DNA of 64,000 nt from Vulcanimicrobiota bacterium (GTDB lineage Bacteria; Vulcanimicrobiota; Vulcanimicrobiia; Vulcanimicrobiales; Vulcanimicrobiaceae). This document shows, one piece after another, positions 11,902-22,515 of the stretch. The first letter of the stretch is position 1, and the number at the start of each line of letters is the position of its first letter. Made by a program: the position numbers and the translations under genes. The notes under the pieces were generated by a model. The model ran no database searches and was not told the origin of the DNA. It saw only the letters and a list, made by a program, of their open reading frames with translations. The stretch lies in assembly GCA_963714015.1 (NCBI GenBank), contig OY970223.1, forward strand, positions 3,168,001 to 3,232,000. The letters run 5' to 3'.

Positions 11902-14900
11902 TTAGGCTGTCAGCACGGCGCTTGCCTCGCGCGGCAGCACGACGCCGGCGAGTTGCAGCGGATCGTACGTTCCGATACGAATCTCTTGGCCGTCTTCACC
12001 GGCGCGGCGTGATGCGCGCAGCGCATCGATCGCCTCCGGAAGAGCGAACTGTTCGCCGACGAAGCCGGTAACGAATCTCCCGCCGCGAATCTCTCCGCGT
12101 GCTTCCATCCGGCGCAGCGCGCGCAGTAACTCACGCCACGGCGGCGCAAGACTTTCGCGCGCGATGACGTCGCGAAATACGACGCCCCAGCGCGCCAGCA
12201 ATCGCCGCGCAAATTTTTCGACGTCCAACGTTTGCGCGGCCGAGGTCAGCAGCGTCCAGCGTCCCGACGAGGAGCGCGGGCGCGCTCTCAAACCCTTCTC
12301 TCCCAAACGCCGCTTAGCGTCGATAAGCGATCGCAAGGCGTCGAATCCATCCGCGGTAACCAGACCGGCTGCGACCAGCTGCCACAAGGCCTCTTCGACT
12401 TCAGCGGGAAGGCGTTTCGTCGCTCGAACGACGTCGATGAAAAACGGCGCGCCGCGACGCCGGATCTCTTGCAGAACTTCACACGAGGCGTGTGAGAGGC
12501 CCGTAGTTCCCGCTTCGCCGCGAACGATCAGTTCTTCGGCGTTCTCGCGCATGAAGAGCGAGATCGGAGCGAGTTTGGTCGGGCGAATGCGGCGCGTCTG
12601 CTCTTCCTGTTCTTCCGAGAGTGCCGGATGAGGCGCGAGGCGGCCCCACATGACTTCGCCCGAATAGCACAGCTTGTCCAAGTACTCGCTGCGATAGTTC
12701 GCAACGCGCGAGGGCAGAATTTGCGCTTCCCAAGCCGCCGCCGGGATCTCGTATCCTTCCAGCTGCTTGACGATTTGCAGCGTGCCGTCGACGCCGTGGA
12801 GTTTAGAGAGCGGCGCAACGTGCTGCCAGCGGTGCAAAAACCTGACGTACTGCGCCGCGGTAACCGGTTCGATCTCACGGCGCAGCTGTCCGATCGTGCG
12901 GCGGTGAATACGCGCCAGCACGCGGCGATTGCACCACTCCTCCTCAGCGCCGCGGAAACGGCCGCGCAGAAGCTGTCCTTCCGTTTCGATGCGAATCAGC
13001 CCGCTCTCGATCGTGAGGGCATCGGTGCGGAAGCGCTGAGCGAGTTCGCGCGTCGTAAGCGGACCGCTGCACTCCATCCAGCCGCGCAGAATCTCGGCGA
13101 ACGCTTCCTCCCGCGACTCCGGGACGCCGGCCATCGTCAAAGCCGGAATCTCGGGCTGCGCAACGGCGGCGGGATACGCAGCCCGAGCTAATTCGAGCCG
13201 CTCGGCGCTGGTCCAAAACTCCGCGCCGTCAATGTGGAGCACAGTCGCGCGGCTCTGCGCGCGCAGTTCATCGAACCATTGCGACCACGCGGCATCCGGC
13301 GGTACGACGACCAGCGTGAGCAGCGCATCGTGCAGCTCGTCCGCGTCGCGCACGACGGGCCACGATTCCTCGGTCACTTCGGCAATGACCGCGGAGTCGA
13401 GTATCCCCGCGCCGTCCAAGTCGTCCCGGATCGTCCGGCGCAGTTGAACCGCACGTGCGCGCCGTTCCTCGAGCGGCGCATCGTCCAAATATGCGTACGG
13501 GTTAGCGTTCAAGATCTCGTGACAAAACGGCGAAGGCTCGGGAGTATCGACCGCCACCGTTCGAATCCGGCCGTCTTCGACTTGATGCAAAATCGCCATG
13601 AGGCCGTCGATATCCATGGCCTCGTGCAGACAATTGCCGATGGTCTCACGCACGAGAACGTGATCGGGAATGCGTATCGGACCGGTCAAATTTTCGGCGC
13701 AGGCCGCCTGATCGGGGAAAACCGATGCGAGCAGATCGTCGGCACGCATGCGCTGAAGCTGCGGAGGCACTTTACGTCCGCCGCGCATCCGCAGAATCGC
13801 TAGGGCACGCGTCGCGTTCCAACGCCAGCGGGCGCCGAACATCGGCGCAGCCAGCAGCGCCTGCGTGAGCGTGTACTCTACGCTAGCCGTCCTGACGTAC
13901 TCGAAAACCACGTCGAGCGGGAACGCGTGCTGATCGGTCAGCGAAAGGACGATGCCGTTGTCGGTTGCCGCCGCCTGCAATTCCAAATTGAACGACCGGC
14001 AGAATTTCTTGCGCAGCGCCAGTCCCCACGCGCGGTTTATTCGCGCGCCGAACGGCGTGTGCAGAATCAGCTGCATGCCGCCGCCCTCGTCAAAGAAGCG
14101 TTCGGCCACAATGGTGCGATCCGTCGGGACAACGCCCAGCACTTTTTTGCCCGCTCGGACGTAAGCTACGGCCTGGTCCGCGCCGCCCCGATCCAATCCG
14201 CACTGTGCAATCAGCAACTCGATCGCGCATTCGTCGTCGCGTTCGTCGATATCCGTCCGCAGGGCCCCAACTTCACGCGAGAGCTCGATCGTTCGGCCCG
14301 GCCCTTCGCCGTTCCAAAACGGCACCGTGGGAGCGGCGCCGTGCGCGTCTTCGACACGAACGGTTCCCGGCTCGATTCTCCGGACTCTCCAGGAATTCGT
14401 GCCGAGCAGAAAGACGTCGCCCGCTAAACTCTCTACGGCGAAATCTTCGTCGAGCGTACCGACGATATGACCCTCGGGTTCGGCGACGACGTTGTAGTTG
14501 GCGGTCTCCGGAATCGCGCCGCCCGACGTAATGGCCGCCATGCGCGCGCCCCGCCGGCCGCGGATTCGGCCGTTGACGCGATCGTAATGCAAAAATGCGC
14601 CGCTGCGACCGCGCGAGTGCGCGACACCGTCGGCCAGCATGGTCAGTACTTCGTCGTAGTCCTTGCGTTCAAGATTGCGGTACGGATAAGCGCAGCGCGC
14701 AAGCTCGTAAAGATCGTCGACTTCCCAATCCTGCGCGCCGGCGGCGGCAACGATCTGCTGCGCCAAAATGTCGAGCGGCGCCACCGGAATCTTCAAGGCG
14801 TCCATAGCGCCGCCTCGGATCGACCGAATCAATGCCGCGCATTCGATCAGCTCGTCGCGGGTGGTCGCGAATAGGCGTCCCTCCGGTTTCGAACCGATCC

Positions 14901-15990
14901 AGTGGCCGGATCGGCCGATTCGCTGCAGAGCGACTGCAATCGATCGCGGCGACCCCAGTTGCACGACCAGATCGATCGTGCCGATGTCGATGCCCAGTTC
15001 CAGCGATGCCGTGGCGACGACGGCGCGCAGTTCACCGTTCTTGAGCTTGTTTTCGGCTTCGAACCGCGCTTCTTTGGAGAGGCTGCCGTGATGCGGCATG
15101 ACGATGCCTTCGCCCAAACGTTCCGTCAACGCAAAGGCGGCGCGCTCGCTCATCCGGCGCGTGCTTACGAAGACGAGCGTCGTCCGGTGGGCCATGACGT
15201 GAGCGGCAACGCGGTCGTAGATTTCACTCCACATCTCCGTGCTCGCAACGGGCCCCAATTCGTCATTCGGAATTTCGACCGAGATCGACATTTCTCGCCG
15301 GCTGCCCACGTCCACGATTGCGGCGGATGGACTGAGAAACTCCGCGACATCTTCGATCGGACGAACCGTGGCCGAAAGCCCGATGCGTTGCGGCTTTTTT
15401 CCGCCGTTTTCGGAAACGATCCGGTCAAGGCGGGCCAGGGTCAGCGACAGATGCGAACCGCGCTTATCTGCTGCAAGCGCGTGAATTTCATCGACGATGA
15501 CCGTCGAGACGTTTTTGAAGAGCGCGCGCGATTTTTCTGCCGTCACGAGAATGAACAGCGATTCCGGCGTAGTGACCAGAATATGGGGAGGCTTGCGCAG
15601 CATCCGCGCTCGCTCCGATGAGGTCGTGTCTCCCGTCCGCACGGCGGTGCGGATAGGAGCAAGCGGCAGTTCGCGCTGCCCCGCGAGCAGCAGCATCTCG
15701 CCGAGCGGCGTCTCGAGATTCTTGTGAATGTCGTTGGTCAGCGCCTTGAGCGGCGAGACGTAGACGACGAGCGTTTCGTCGGGCAACCCTTCGGGTGAAG
15801 CGGCACGGCGTATCAGGTCGTCCAGACAAATCGAGAATGCGGCCAGGGTCTTTCCGGAACCGGTCGGCGCGCTGATAAGCACGTCGCGGCCGGCCCGGAC
15901 GATCGGCCAGCCTTGGACCTGCGGTTCCGTCGGCGCCCAGTCGCGAGAAGTGAACCAATCCCTCAGGAGCGGATGGAAGTCGTCGAGCAC
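11902..15990 (-). CDS. lhr: Lhr-family DEAD/DEAH-box helicase
   Basis: APTGSGKT, SPLKAL, TTPESL, DEIH, GLSAT, HHGSLS, LELGIDIG, QRIGRSGH, C-terminal GEIRGGRFV; start placed at GTG 15990 (FHPLLRDWF). Confidence 0.9.
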   Translation of the reverse strand: MLDDFHPLLRDWFTSRDWAPTEPQVQGWPIVRAGRDVLISAPTGSGKTLAAFSICLDDLIRRAASPEGLPDETLVVYVSPLKALTNDIHKNLETPLGEMLLLAGQRELPLAPIRTAVRTGDTTSSERARMLRKPPHILVTTPESLFILVTAEKSRALFKNVSTVIVDEIHALAADKRGSHLSLTLARLDRIVSENGGKKPQRIGLSATVRPIEDVAEFLSPSAAIVDVGSRREMSISVEIPNDELGPVASTEMWSEIYDRVAAHVMAHRTTLVFVSTRRMSERAAFALTERLGEGIVMPHHGSLSKEARFEAENKLKNGELRAVVATASLELGIDIGTIDLVVQLGSPRSIAVALQRIGRSGHWIGSKPEGRLFATTRDELIECAALIRSIRGGAMDALKIPVAPLDILAQQIVAAAGAQDWEVDDLYELARCAYPYRNLERKDYDEVLTMLADGVAHSRGRSGAFLHYDRVNGRIRGRRGARMAAITSGGAIPETANYNVVAEPEGHIVGTLDEDFAVESLAGDVFLLGTNSWRVRRIEPGTVRVEDAHGAAPTVPFWNGEGPGRTIELSREVGALRTDIDERDDECAIELLIAQCGLDRGGADQAVAYVRAGKKVLGVVPTDRTIVAERFFDEGGGMQLILHTPFGARINRAWGLALRKKFCRSFNLELQAAATDNGIVLSLTDQHAFPLDVVFEYVRTASVEYTLTQALLAAPMFGARWRWNATRALAILRMRGGRKVPPQLQRMRADDLLASVFPDQAACAENLTGPIRIPDHVLVRETIGNCLHEAMDIDGLMAILHQVEDGRIRTVAVDTPEPSPFCHEILNANPYAYLDDAPLEERRARAVQLRRTIRDDLDGAGILDSAVIAEVTEESWPVVRDADELHDALLTLVVVPPDAAWSQWFDELRAQSRATVLHIDGAEFWTSAERLELARAAYPAAVAQPEIPALTMAGVPESREEAFAEILRGWMECSGPLTTRELAQRFRTDALTIESGLIRIETEGQLLRGRFRGAEEEWCNRRVLARIHRRTIGQLRREIEPVTAAQYVRFLHRWQHVAPLSKLHGVDGTLQIVKQLEGYEIPAAAWEAQILPSRVANYRSEYLDKLCYSGEVMWGRLAPHPALSEEQEEQTRRIRPTKLAPISLFMRENAEELIVRGEAGTTGLSHASCEVLQEIRRRGAPFFIDVVRATKRLPAEVEEALWQLVAAGLVTADGFDALRSLIDAKRRLGEKGLRARPRSSSGRWTLLTSAAQTLDVEKFARRLLARWGVVFRDVIARESLAPPWRELLRALRRMEARGEIRGGRFVTGFVGEQFALPEAIDALRASRRAGEDGQEIRIGTYDPLQLAGVVLPREASAVLTA

Positions 15991-17303
15991 GTCGCTGTGT
16001 TCGACACAAGAACGGCTCTTACGTTTGCGCTGGTGACGAAGGCGCCCACAAGGTACAGAAAGGCCCCCACGTTGACCGCTGAGAGCGCGTGCGCCCACGG
16101 GCCCCACAGGTCGTACCGGTTTACGCCGGCGCCTGCGCCGTTGTCCAAAACGGCGAGATACGCCAGTGAGTACAGCAAGTTGAGGAGCAGCGTTCCGCTG
16201 AAAACGGCGCATGCCCAGCGGTAACGCAAGGCGAGCGGAATCAAGGCGATCGTAAATATCAAGCCGACGAACAAGTAGCGCTCGTGCATGCGTGTGGCGA
16301 GCATGAATTGCGCGAGCAACAGCAGCGCCGCCGATTGCAGAAATGCCGGCGCAGTTCGCAAACGCAAATAGCGAACGACGATGGCCGCTATTGTACCGAG
16401 CAGGAGCACGATGCCCCATGCATATTGGGTCATGCCGAGCAGGCCGGTTTGGTAATCCGCCAGTCGGACGCCTGCGGGATCGGCTCCCCAGAAATCGTAC
16501 CGCAAGGACCACAAGTTGAACGCGTTGTCGGAGTTGAAGGGATACATCGCACTGCCGATGCGATAGCGATTATAGAGAAAATGCAGGACGCTTTCCGGAT
16601 TGTGGGATGGATAGAACGGCCAGGTCAGCACAAAAGCGAGCAATATTCCGCAGGCCATGCCGGCCGCCGTCGATCGCAAGCGCATGGTGCGCTGCTCCCG
16701 TGATGCCGTCGCGACCGCAAATGCGACAAAGAGCACGACGAGTATTGCCGCTTGCGGTTTGACCAGGATCGAATACGCGAGCGCAACCCACGCCCAAACG
16801 ATGTGCCGTGAGATCGTCCTTGCGCTCTCCTCGTTGCATCGAAGTAAGAGATACACCGCCAATAGTGCAAACGCGGCGCAAACGGAATCCATCTGCCCCC
16901 ACCATGCCGAAATGAATATCGCCGCCGGGTTGAAAACGAACAGCGCAGCGGCTCCCAGCGCCCACCGCCGATCGGCAAAGCGCTGTACGATCGCATAAAG
17001 CAATATGCCGCCGGCCAGATCCGCAGAAATCGCCGGCGCCTTCACCAAGTACCGCAGCAGCCAGTGCGCCGAGCCGGGAAACGACGCCGCAGCATGACCC
17101 GCTGCGGCCAGCACATAGAGATAACCGGGCGGATAGTCGATCAGCGGTAGGCGGTAAAACTGATCGAGCGGATGGGACGCCAGTGCCCTGGCCCACAGCT
17201 CGAACGTATGCGTGTCGAATCCGGCAGCAGGCAAAAAAGGCAGCCGCACGAGCAGCCCTAGCGCCAGAATGAGGCCAAGTTTAGCAGCGGCGGAAATGCG
17301 CAC
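15963..17303 (-). CDS. GT-C-fold integral membrane glycosyltransferase (mannosyltransferase-like)
   Basis: DYPPGY, FNPAAIFISAWWGQMDS, KPQ, NAFNLW, MHERY motifs; many TM helices; start estimated. Confidence 0.8.
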   Translation of the reverse strand: MRISAAAKLGLILALGLLVRLPFLPAAGFDTHTFELWARALASHPLDQFYRLPLIDYPPGYLYVLAAAGHAAASFPGSAHWLLRYLVKAPAISADLAGGILLYAIVQRFADRRWALGAAALFVFNPAAIFISAWWGQMDSVCAAFALLAVYLLLRCNEESARTISRHIVWAWVALAYSILVKPQAAILVVLFVAFAVATASREQRTMRLRSTAAGMACGILLAFVLTWPFYPSHNPESVLHFLYNRYRIGSAMYPFNSDNAFNLWSLRYDFWGADPAGVRLADYQTGLLGMTQYAWGIVLLLGTIAAIVVRYLRLRTAPAFLQSAALLLLAQFMLATRMHERYLFVGLIFTIALIPLALRYRWACAVFSGTLLLNLLYSLAYLAVLDNGAGAGVNRYDLWGPWAHALSAVNVGAFLYLVGAFVTSANVRAVLVSNTATCSTTSIRS

Positions 17304-17400
17304 GCCCCGAGCATAAAGCGGCGGCACGGTAACGGACAGATGCAGGCCACTCATGCGCACATGAGACGAACTGCCCGAGGAGTGCAGGGTTACGCTGCCG

Positions 17401-18343
17401 CTACGGCTTGAACAGCACCTTGCCGGAACGCCCCGGCGTTTCAGCTGCCTTGACGGCGGCGCGCGCTTCCCCGAGCGGGTATATGCCCTCGACCGGAAGC
17501 AGAAGCTCCTCCGCCCGAGGCAAGTTCGAAAACGCGGCGCAGCGAGGACGCAAGGCGATCCGCGTTCTGCGGTCGCCGCATCCATGCCGTCATCCAAAAA
17601 CCCCGTACGATCAGCTCGTGTGAAATCAGCCGCCCGGGATCCAAGCGCATCGCCGACCCGGACAAACCGCCGAAAACAATCAGCTCTCCGCTTTGCGCCA
17701 GCAGGCGCTGCATGTTCGCTGAGTCGGGACCTCCGACGGAGTCGATTGCACGTACGATGGGCGCACCGCCCGCTTCTTCGAGCACACGATCGACCCAGTC
17801 GTTCTCGGTCACGACGACGCGCTGCGCACCGGCCTTCCGTAGTTCGTCCGCACCGGATTCCCGCCGAACGAGATTGATCACGTTCACGCCGCGCCGCTGC
17901 GCTTCGCGCATCAAGATCTTTCCGACCGCGCCGTTTGCAGCATTCTGAACGATCCAATCGCCGCCGTTGACCCGCAGCTCGTCGAGCAGCACGATCGCGG
18001 AGAGCGGCATCGCGAGCAATTGGCAGGCGACCTCGTCCGGAATGCCGTCCGGGATCGGTGCAAGCAGTGCTTCCGGTGCGAGGGTGTACTGCGCCCACGC
18101 GCCCTGCGTTATACAAGCGACGCGTTTGCCTCCCACGACCCCCACAAGTTCGGAACCCCCGACTGCGGGCAGTTTCGGTTTAACGCCGTAGATGCCGCGA
18201 ATCGTAGCCAAATCGTGATTGTGAATAGGCGAGCACAAGACTTGAATCAGTGTTTGCCCGGGCCCGGGCTCGGGAATCGGGACTTCTGCAGGTGCGAGGA
18301 CGTCCGGCGGTTCGCCGAACCGCGAATACAGAAGTCCCAGCAT
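17401..18343 (-). CDS. MDR-family NADPH-dependent enoyl/quinone reductase; apparent frameshift (about 17515)
   Basis: SPIHNHDL...GSE, QNAANGAVG, DSVGG; the natural C-terminus 'LPVEGIYPLGEARAAVKAAETPGRSGKVLFKP*' is in a shifted frame ending at 17401. Confidence 0.8.
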
Positions 18344-18868
18344 TTACTTAGTGGCGGTCACCTGCGCCGCCGTCACCGCGCCGGCATGGTTGCCCCAGGC
18401 GGAGCGAATATAGCTCACGACTGCCGCGATATCCGAATCCTTCAGCACGCCTTTCCATGGCGGCATCTGTCCGTTGTAGGTCGATCCTTTGACGCTGATC
18501 TTTCCGTTCAGGCCGTTTTTGACGATGTGGATGACGGCCGTCGGAGCGCCGGTAACGACGGTATTGCCGGCAAGCGGCGGAAAAACGCCGGGCTGACCTT
18601 GGCCGTTGGCCTGGTGACAGCTGGCGCAGTTTGTGCTAAAGACCTTCGCGCCCGCGGAAGCCGGACCGGAAGCGGCGCTCTTCATTGCGCCGTTCATCGA
18701 ACTTGCCGAAGCTGCGGGCGATGCCGCCGCAGCGCTGGGCGACGCCGCAGGCGATGCGTTGGTAGTGGTAGTCGTCGACGAGGACGAGCTGCTTTTCCCG
18801 CCGCTGCACGCTGCTAGCATGGCAACGGCCATTCCGGCGGCAGCAACGATGCCCAAGACTCTTTGCAT
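18344..18868 (-). CDS. Monoheme cytochrome c lipoprotein
   Basis: Lipobox LAAC, Ser/Thr/Ala linker, CASCH, FPPLAG, axial Met in MPPW, YIRSAWGN. Confidence 0.9.
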   Translation of the reverse strand: MQRVLGIVAAAGMAVAMLAACSGGKSSSSSSTTTTTNASPAASPSAAAASPAASASSMNGAMKSAASGPASAGAKVFSTNCASCHQANGQGQPGVFPPLAGNTVVTGAPTAVIHIVKNGLNGKISVKGSTYNGQMPPWKGVLKDSDIAAVVSYIRSAWGNHAGAVTAAQVTATK

Positions 18869-18893
18869 ATCGACAATCCTTTCCGCAAACGGA

Positions 18894-20546
18894 TTATGCG
18901 GGGGTAGTACTCCCTCGCTCTTCCGGCGCCTGCGGCCGCGCTTGCTTAGCGGCGTACATTGCGTGATCCGCCGCCTCGATCAAATGATCCGCACCGGCGC
19001 CGTCGCGCGGATATAACGCGCCGCCGACGCTTATCCCCACGCGAACCGTGTTGCCTTCGATAGTCATCGGCGTGTCGGCTAGGTGCATGACGTCAGCTCG
19101 TACAGTCTCCAAAACCTCCGGAGAATTGACCGCCGTCACCAAAACCGCGAACTCGTCGCCGCCCAGGCGTGCGATGGTGTCGGATTCTCGAACCGCCATC
19201 CGAAGCCGGCGCGAAACGATCTGCAGCAGCAGATCTCCCGTCCGGTGCCCGTAACGATCGTTGATCGACTTGAAGCCGTCGAGGTCGACGTACAGCACGC
19301 CCAGGCCCAGATTGTTCTTGCGCGCCTCGACGATCGCCCAATCGAAACGTTGGAAGAATGCGCTTCTATTGAACAATCCGGTCAGCGAGTCACGCTCGGC
19401 CACTTCACGCAATTTCACGTTCGCCGCGTCGAGCGTTCGAATCCGATCCAGCACGCTGAACGAAAAGATGATCGACTCGAACATCGCCCCGAACTCGACG
19501 CCGTTGCTGGCAAAGAACCACCGCCCGGGCGGCAGATAGACGTCGTACGCAAGATCGGCCATGTATCCCGCAATCGCGGGCGCGAAAGCGACGACGAAAA
19601 ACCGCGCCGAACCGAAGCCTTGCCGCATCCGCACGACACCGGCACCGACCGTGATGATCATGCCGCAGAGTTGGACCGCCAGCAATAACGGCGCCAGGGC
19701 AATGCCGTTGGGGAGCGCATGCCGCAAAGTGTCGACGAATGCTTCGGCGATGAACCAGGAGATCAGCAATCGATCCCACTTGGGCGCGGCAGTGCGCGTC
19801 TGCAAAAACGATCGCGTAAAGAGCAGCCCGGCGAGAAACGCAAACGTATTCGTAAGCAGCGTCAACTGGCGCAAATCCGGTGCCGCGTTCGGCCACAGAT
19901 ACTGCGATCCCATGCCGGTGGTTACGAGCTCGTTGATTGCGAAGGCGGCGATATACAGTACGAACAGCGCCGCCGCTTTTTCCCGTACCACAATCGCGAC
20001 GTACAAGTTGCATAAGCCGATTGCAAACAGGACTCCGAAGAACAGCCCTTGCACGAGCCGCGTTTCGAAGCCCATCACGATAGCATTCGCTTGCGGCGCT
20101 ACGCGCAGGTAAAACGGCGTATCCGCAAAGTAATGGAGATGCAGGTAAATCGGCGGCCCGCGCAGCGCATAAGCGTCCAGATCGAGCGCGGGACGAAGAT
20201 ACGGCTGCGGATGCTTGGACCATGGAATACCGGTCCCGATCGACATGGTGCGATAGCCGTGCGCAGACGGAACGTATGCAATACCGCGATCGACTGACGA
20301 AGGCATGAACAATACCCATCGGCGCTCGAAATCGCTCGGCGCCGCCGTCAGGTTCAGCCGGATCCAACAAAATTCCGGAACGCGCGTGTTTCCGATGGGG
20401 AGAAAGTGCACGCGTCCCGCAAGCACGGCTCGGGCCTGCGCCGTCCCCGGTGCAACTTGCGCCGAAGGCAGCACCTCGAGCGTGGAACTCCCAGGTCTGA
20501 GGAAGACCAAGAGCAGGACGACGAGCGCCTCGCGCATCTTCCGCAA
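18894..20546 (-). CDS. 7TM-DISM sensor diguanylate cyclase
   Basis: Extracytoplasmic domain, about 7 TM helices, DSLTGLFNR, DLDGFKSINDRYGH, RLGGDEF. Confidence 0.85.
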   Translation of the reverse strand: MRKMREALVVLLLVFLRPGSSTLEVLPSAQVAPGTAQARAVLAGRVHFLPIGNTRVPEFCWIRLNLTAAPSDFERRWVLFMPSSVDRGIAYVPSAHGYRTMSIGTGIPWSKHPQPYLRPALDLDAYALRGPPIYLHLHYFADTPFYLRVAPQANAIVMGFETRLVQGLFFGVLFAIGLCNLYVAIVVREKAAALFVLYIAAFAINELVTTGMGSQYLWPNAAPDLRQLTLLTNTFAFLAGLLFTRSFLQTRTAAPKWDRLLISWFIAEAFVDTLRHALPNGIALAPLLLAVQLCGMIITVGAGVVRMRQGFGSARFFVVAFAPAIAGYMADLAYDVYLPPGRWFFASNGVEFGAMFESIIFSFSVLDRIRTLDAANVKLREVAERDSLTGLFNRSAFFQRFDWAIVEARKNNLGLGVLYVDLDGFKSINDRYGHRTGDLLLQIVSRRLRMAVRESDTIARLGGDEFAVLVTAVNSPEVLETVRADVMHLADTPMTIEGNTVRVGISVGGALYPRDGAGADHLIEAADHAMYAAKQARPQAPEERGSTTPA

Positions 20547-20583
20547 TCCTGCGCAGAATTGACTGAAGCCTGCCTGCGCGCAG

Positions 20584-21837
20584 TTACCTTTTGGTTTGAG
20601 CAGGCCGAGGACGGGCGCTCATTGCCCAAACCAGCGCCACCAGCAGGAAATTCGCCACGAGCGAACTGCCGCCGTAAGAGATGAACGGCAGCGTGATCCC
20701 TGTGAGCGGAAAGAGTCCGATGACGCCGCCGACGATAATGAAGACTTGGAAGCCAATCGTCGCGCTCAGTCCGATGGCCAGCAGCCTCGTGTACAAATCG
20801 GGCTGCGTGGCCGCGACGTCCAGAACCCGGCGGATCAGCAGCAGAAACAACGCCAGTAAGACCAGCGCGCCGATGAAACCGAATTCCTCGCTGAACGCGG
20901 CGTAGATGTAGTCCGTCCCCACATCGGGGATAAAGTCGGGATGTCCCAGGCGATAGCCGGTTCCGAAGACTCCGCCCGCGGCGAGCGAGTAGAATCCTTG
21001 CGCCGCTTGATATCCCGCGCCAAGGGGATCCCCGAAGGGGTTCAGCCAGACCGAAACGCGCGTTCCCGCATAGTGGTAGTGACGCACGGCCCAAGCCGCG
21101 ACGCCGCCGAAGAAGACGAAACTGCCGATCAGCAGATCGAACCGCCGTGTCGCCGCATACAGCAGCACTGCAAAGGTGCAGAACAGTAATCCCGCCATGC
21201 CGATATCGCGCTGAAGCAGCAGCACCGCCATGCAGACGCCCCATCCCAAGAAAAGCGGGCCGAGGTACTTGAGGTTTGCGCGAAGAGACCACGGCTTTGC
21301 GCGGGCGATGACGTCGGCCGTCTCAGCCAAGTACGCGGCCAGAAAAAAAACGATGAAAAGCTTGATCAGTTCCACCGGCTCGTACTGCACCGGACCCAAT
21401 CGGATCCAGAGTTTTGCGCCGTTGACTTCTTGACCGAAGAGGATGAGCAACACGAATAAGACCAAGCACAGCAGCACCCACACATATTTGATTCCCGCAA
21501 ATTTTCGGAAGAGCGTGAAGGCCGGACCGACCACGATCGACAGACCGAGCGAAACGAGGAGCCAGTACTGTTGTTTGTGCGCCTGCACCGGTGATATACG
21601 GGCAACGAGCAGCAGGCCGAGCGACGCCAAGAGCACCGCCAGGGCGGGAAGCACGTCGTCGCGGACGGTTGAAAACGGCTGCACGGCAGTCCATGCCACG
21701 CACAGCACCGCAAGGAGCGCGAGAAGCCACGGAGGGCCTATCGTTTTGGCCGGCGCGAAGGAGAGCGCAAAAGCCGCCACGGCTAGCGCCATGGCGGTGG
21801 GGAGTATTCGTCTAAGGGTGGTCGTTACTTCAAACAA
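20584..21837 (-). CDS. rodA: FtsW/RodA/SpoVE SEDS family protein
   Basis: NGAKLWI, EPVELIK, DIGMA, TDYIYAAFSEEFG, PLTGITLPFISYGGSS. Confidence 0.85.
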   Translation of the reverse strand: MFEVTTTLRRILPTAMALAVAAFALSFAPAKTIGPPWLLALLAVLCVAWTAVQPFSTVRDDVLPALAVLLASLGLLLVARISPVQAHKQQYWLLVSLGLSIVVGPAFTLFRKFAGIKYVWVLLCLVLFVLLILFGQEVNGAKLWIRLGPVQYEPVELIKLFIVFFLAAYLAETADVIARAKPWSLRANLKYLGPLFLGWGVCMAVLLLQRDIGMAGLLFCTFAVLLYAATRRFDLLIGSFVFFGGVAAWAVRHYHYAGTRVSVWLNPFGDPLGAGYQAAQGFYSLAAGGVFGTGYRLGHPDFIPDVGTDYIYAAFSEEFGFIGALVLLALFLLLIRRVLDVAATQPDLYTRLLAIGLSATIGFQVFIIVGGVIGLFPLTGITLPFISYGGSSLVANFLLVALVWAMSARPRPAQTKR

Positions 21838-22487
21838 AGCAGCGCGTAAAAGAACGCCGTTGCGATCGCACCGGTGACCGCCGCTCTCAGGGGGCGCATC
21901 CGGCCGCCGCGCACGGGCGGCGGCGGGTCCGGAAAGTATTTGACCACCAGTACTTGCTCGCCGCCGGCGCCCGCGGCGATTTCCTGGGCGTTCAGGCGGC
22001 GGCCGGCCAGCACCAGCGAGTCGCCCATGCTTAACGAGAACGTGCAGACGGCAGCCTCGACGACGGAGTCCACGCCGAGCGCTCGCGTCAAAACGGGGCG
22101 CGTGCCGTCGAACGCGTCGTGTTTGGTGAGCGAGACCACGTAGCCGTCGCGCGAAAGGTACGCGGCGGTGGAACCAACGTGGCAGAGATAGGCCCGGTCT
22201 GCGATCAGCAGGGCGGCGGTCAACGAACAGCCGGCCGTGACGTAGTCGTCGTGCGAGGCGCTGCGCGCATGGACGTACTCGTTCGTCCGGCTCAGCGCCG
22301 CGGTCATCAGCGTGCTGATGCCTTTAGGGCGGGACTGCGCCCGCCGAAGCGCCCGTCCGCGGGTGCGGCGCTCGAATTCCGCGCGCAACCGGGTAAGGAC
22401 CGCAGGCGCCACCGGCTCGCCGTCGATACGGCCGAAACCGTGCGCAACGGCAAACACGTAAGCGCCGGATTGCAATTCGAGCGACAA
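21825..22487 (-). CDS. PP2C-like protein with degenerate catalytic motifs
   Basis: PP2C-fold remnants FAVAHGFG, GCSLTAALL, CHVGSTAAYL, LTKHD, LTRALG; occupies the pstP position between FHA genes and rodA. Confidence 0.65.
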   Translation of the reverse strand: MSLELQSGAYVFAVAHGFGRIDGEPVAPAVLTRLRAEFERRTRGRALRRAQSRPKGISTLMTAALSRTNEYVHARSASHDDYVTAGCSLTAALLIADRAYLCHVGSTAAYLSRDGYVVSLTKHDAFDGTRPVLTRALGVDSVVEAAVCTFSLSMGDSLVLAGRRLNAQEIAAGAGGEQVLVVKYFPDPPPPVRGGRMRPLRAAVTGAIATAFFYALLCLK

Positions 22488-22515
22488 GCAAGAGCTTCGG
22501 TCGCCGCTGATAGCG

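Noticed and set aside
15991..18116. Long N-terminal extensions of lhr (to 16512) and of the glycosyltransferase (to 18116) in the ORF track
   Set aside because: They overlap other real genes on the same strand in different frames; family motifs begin only at about 15990 and 17303.
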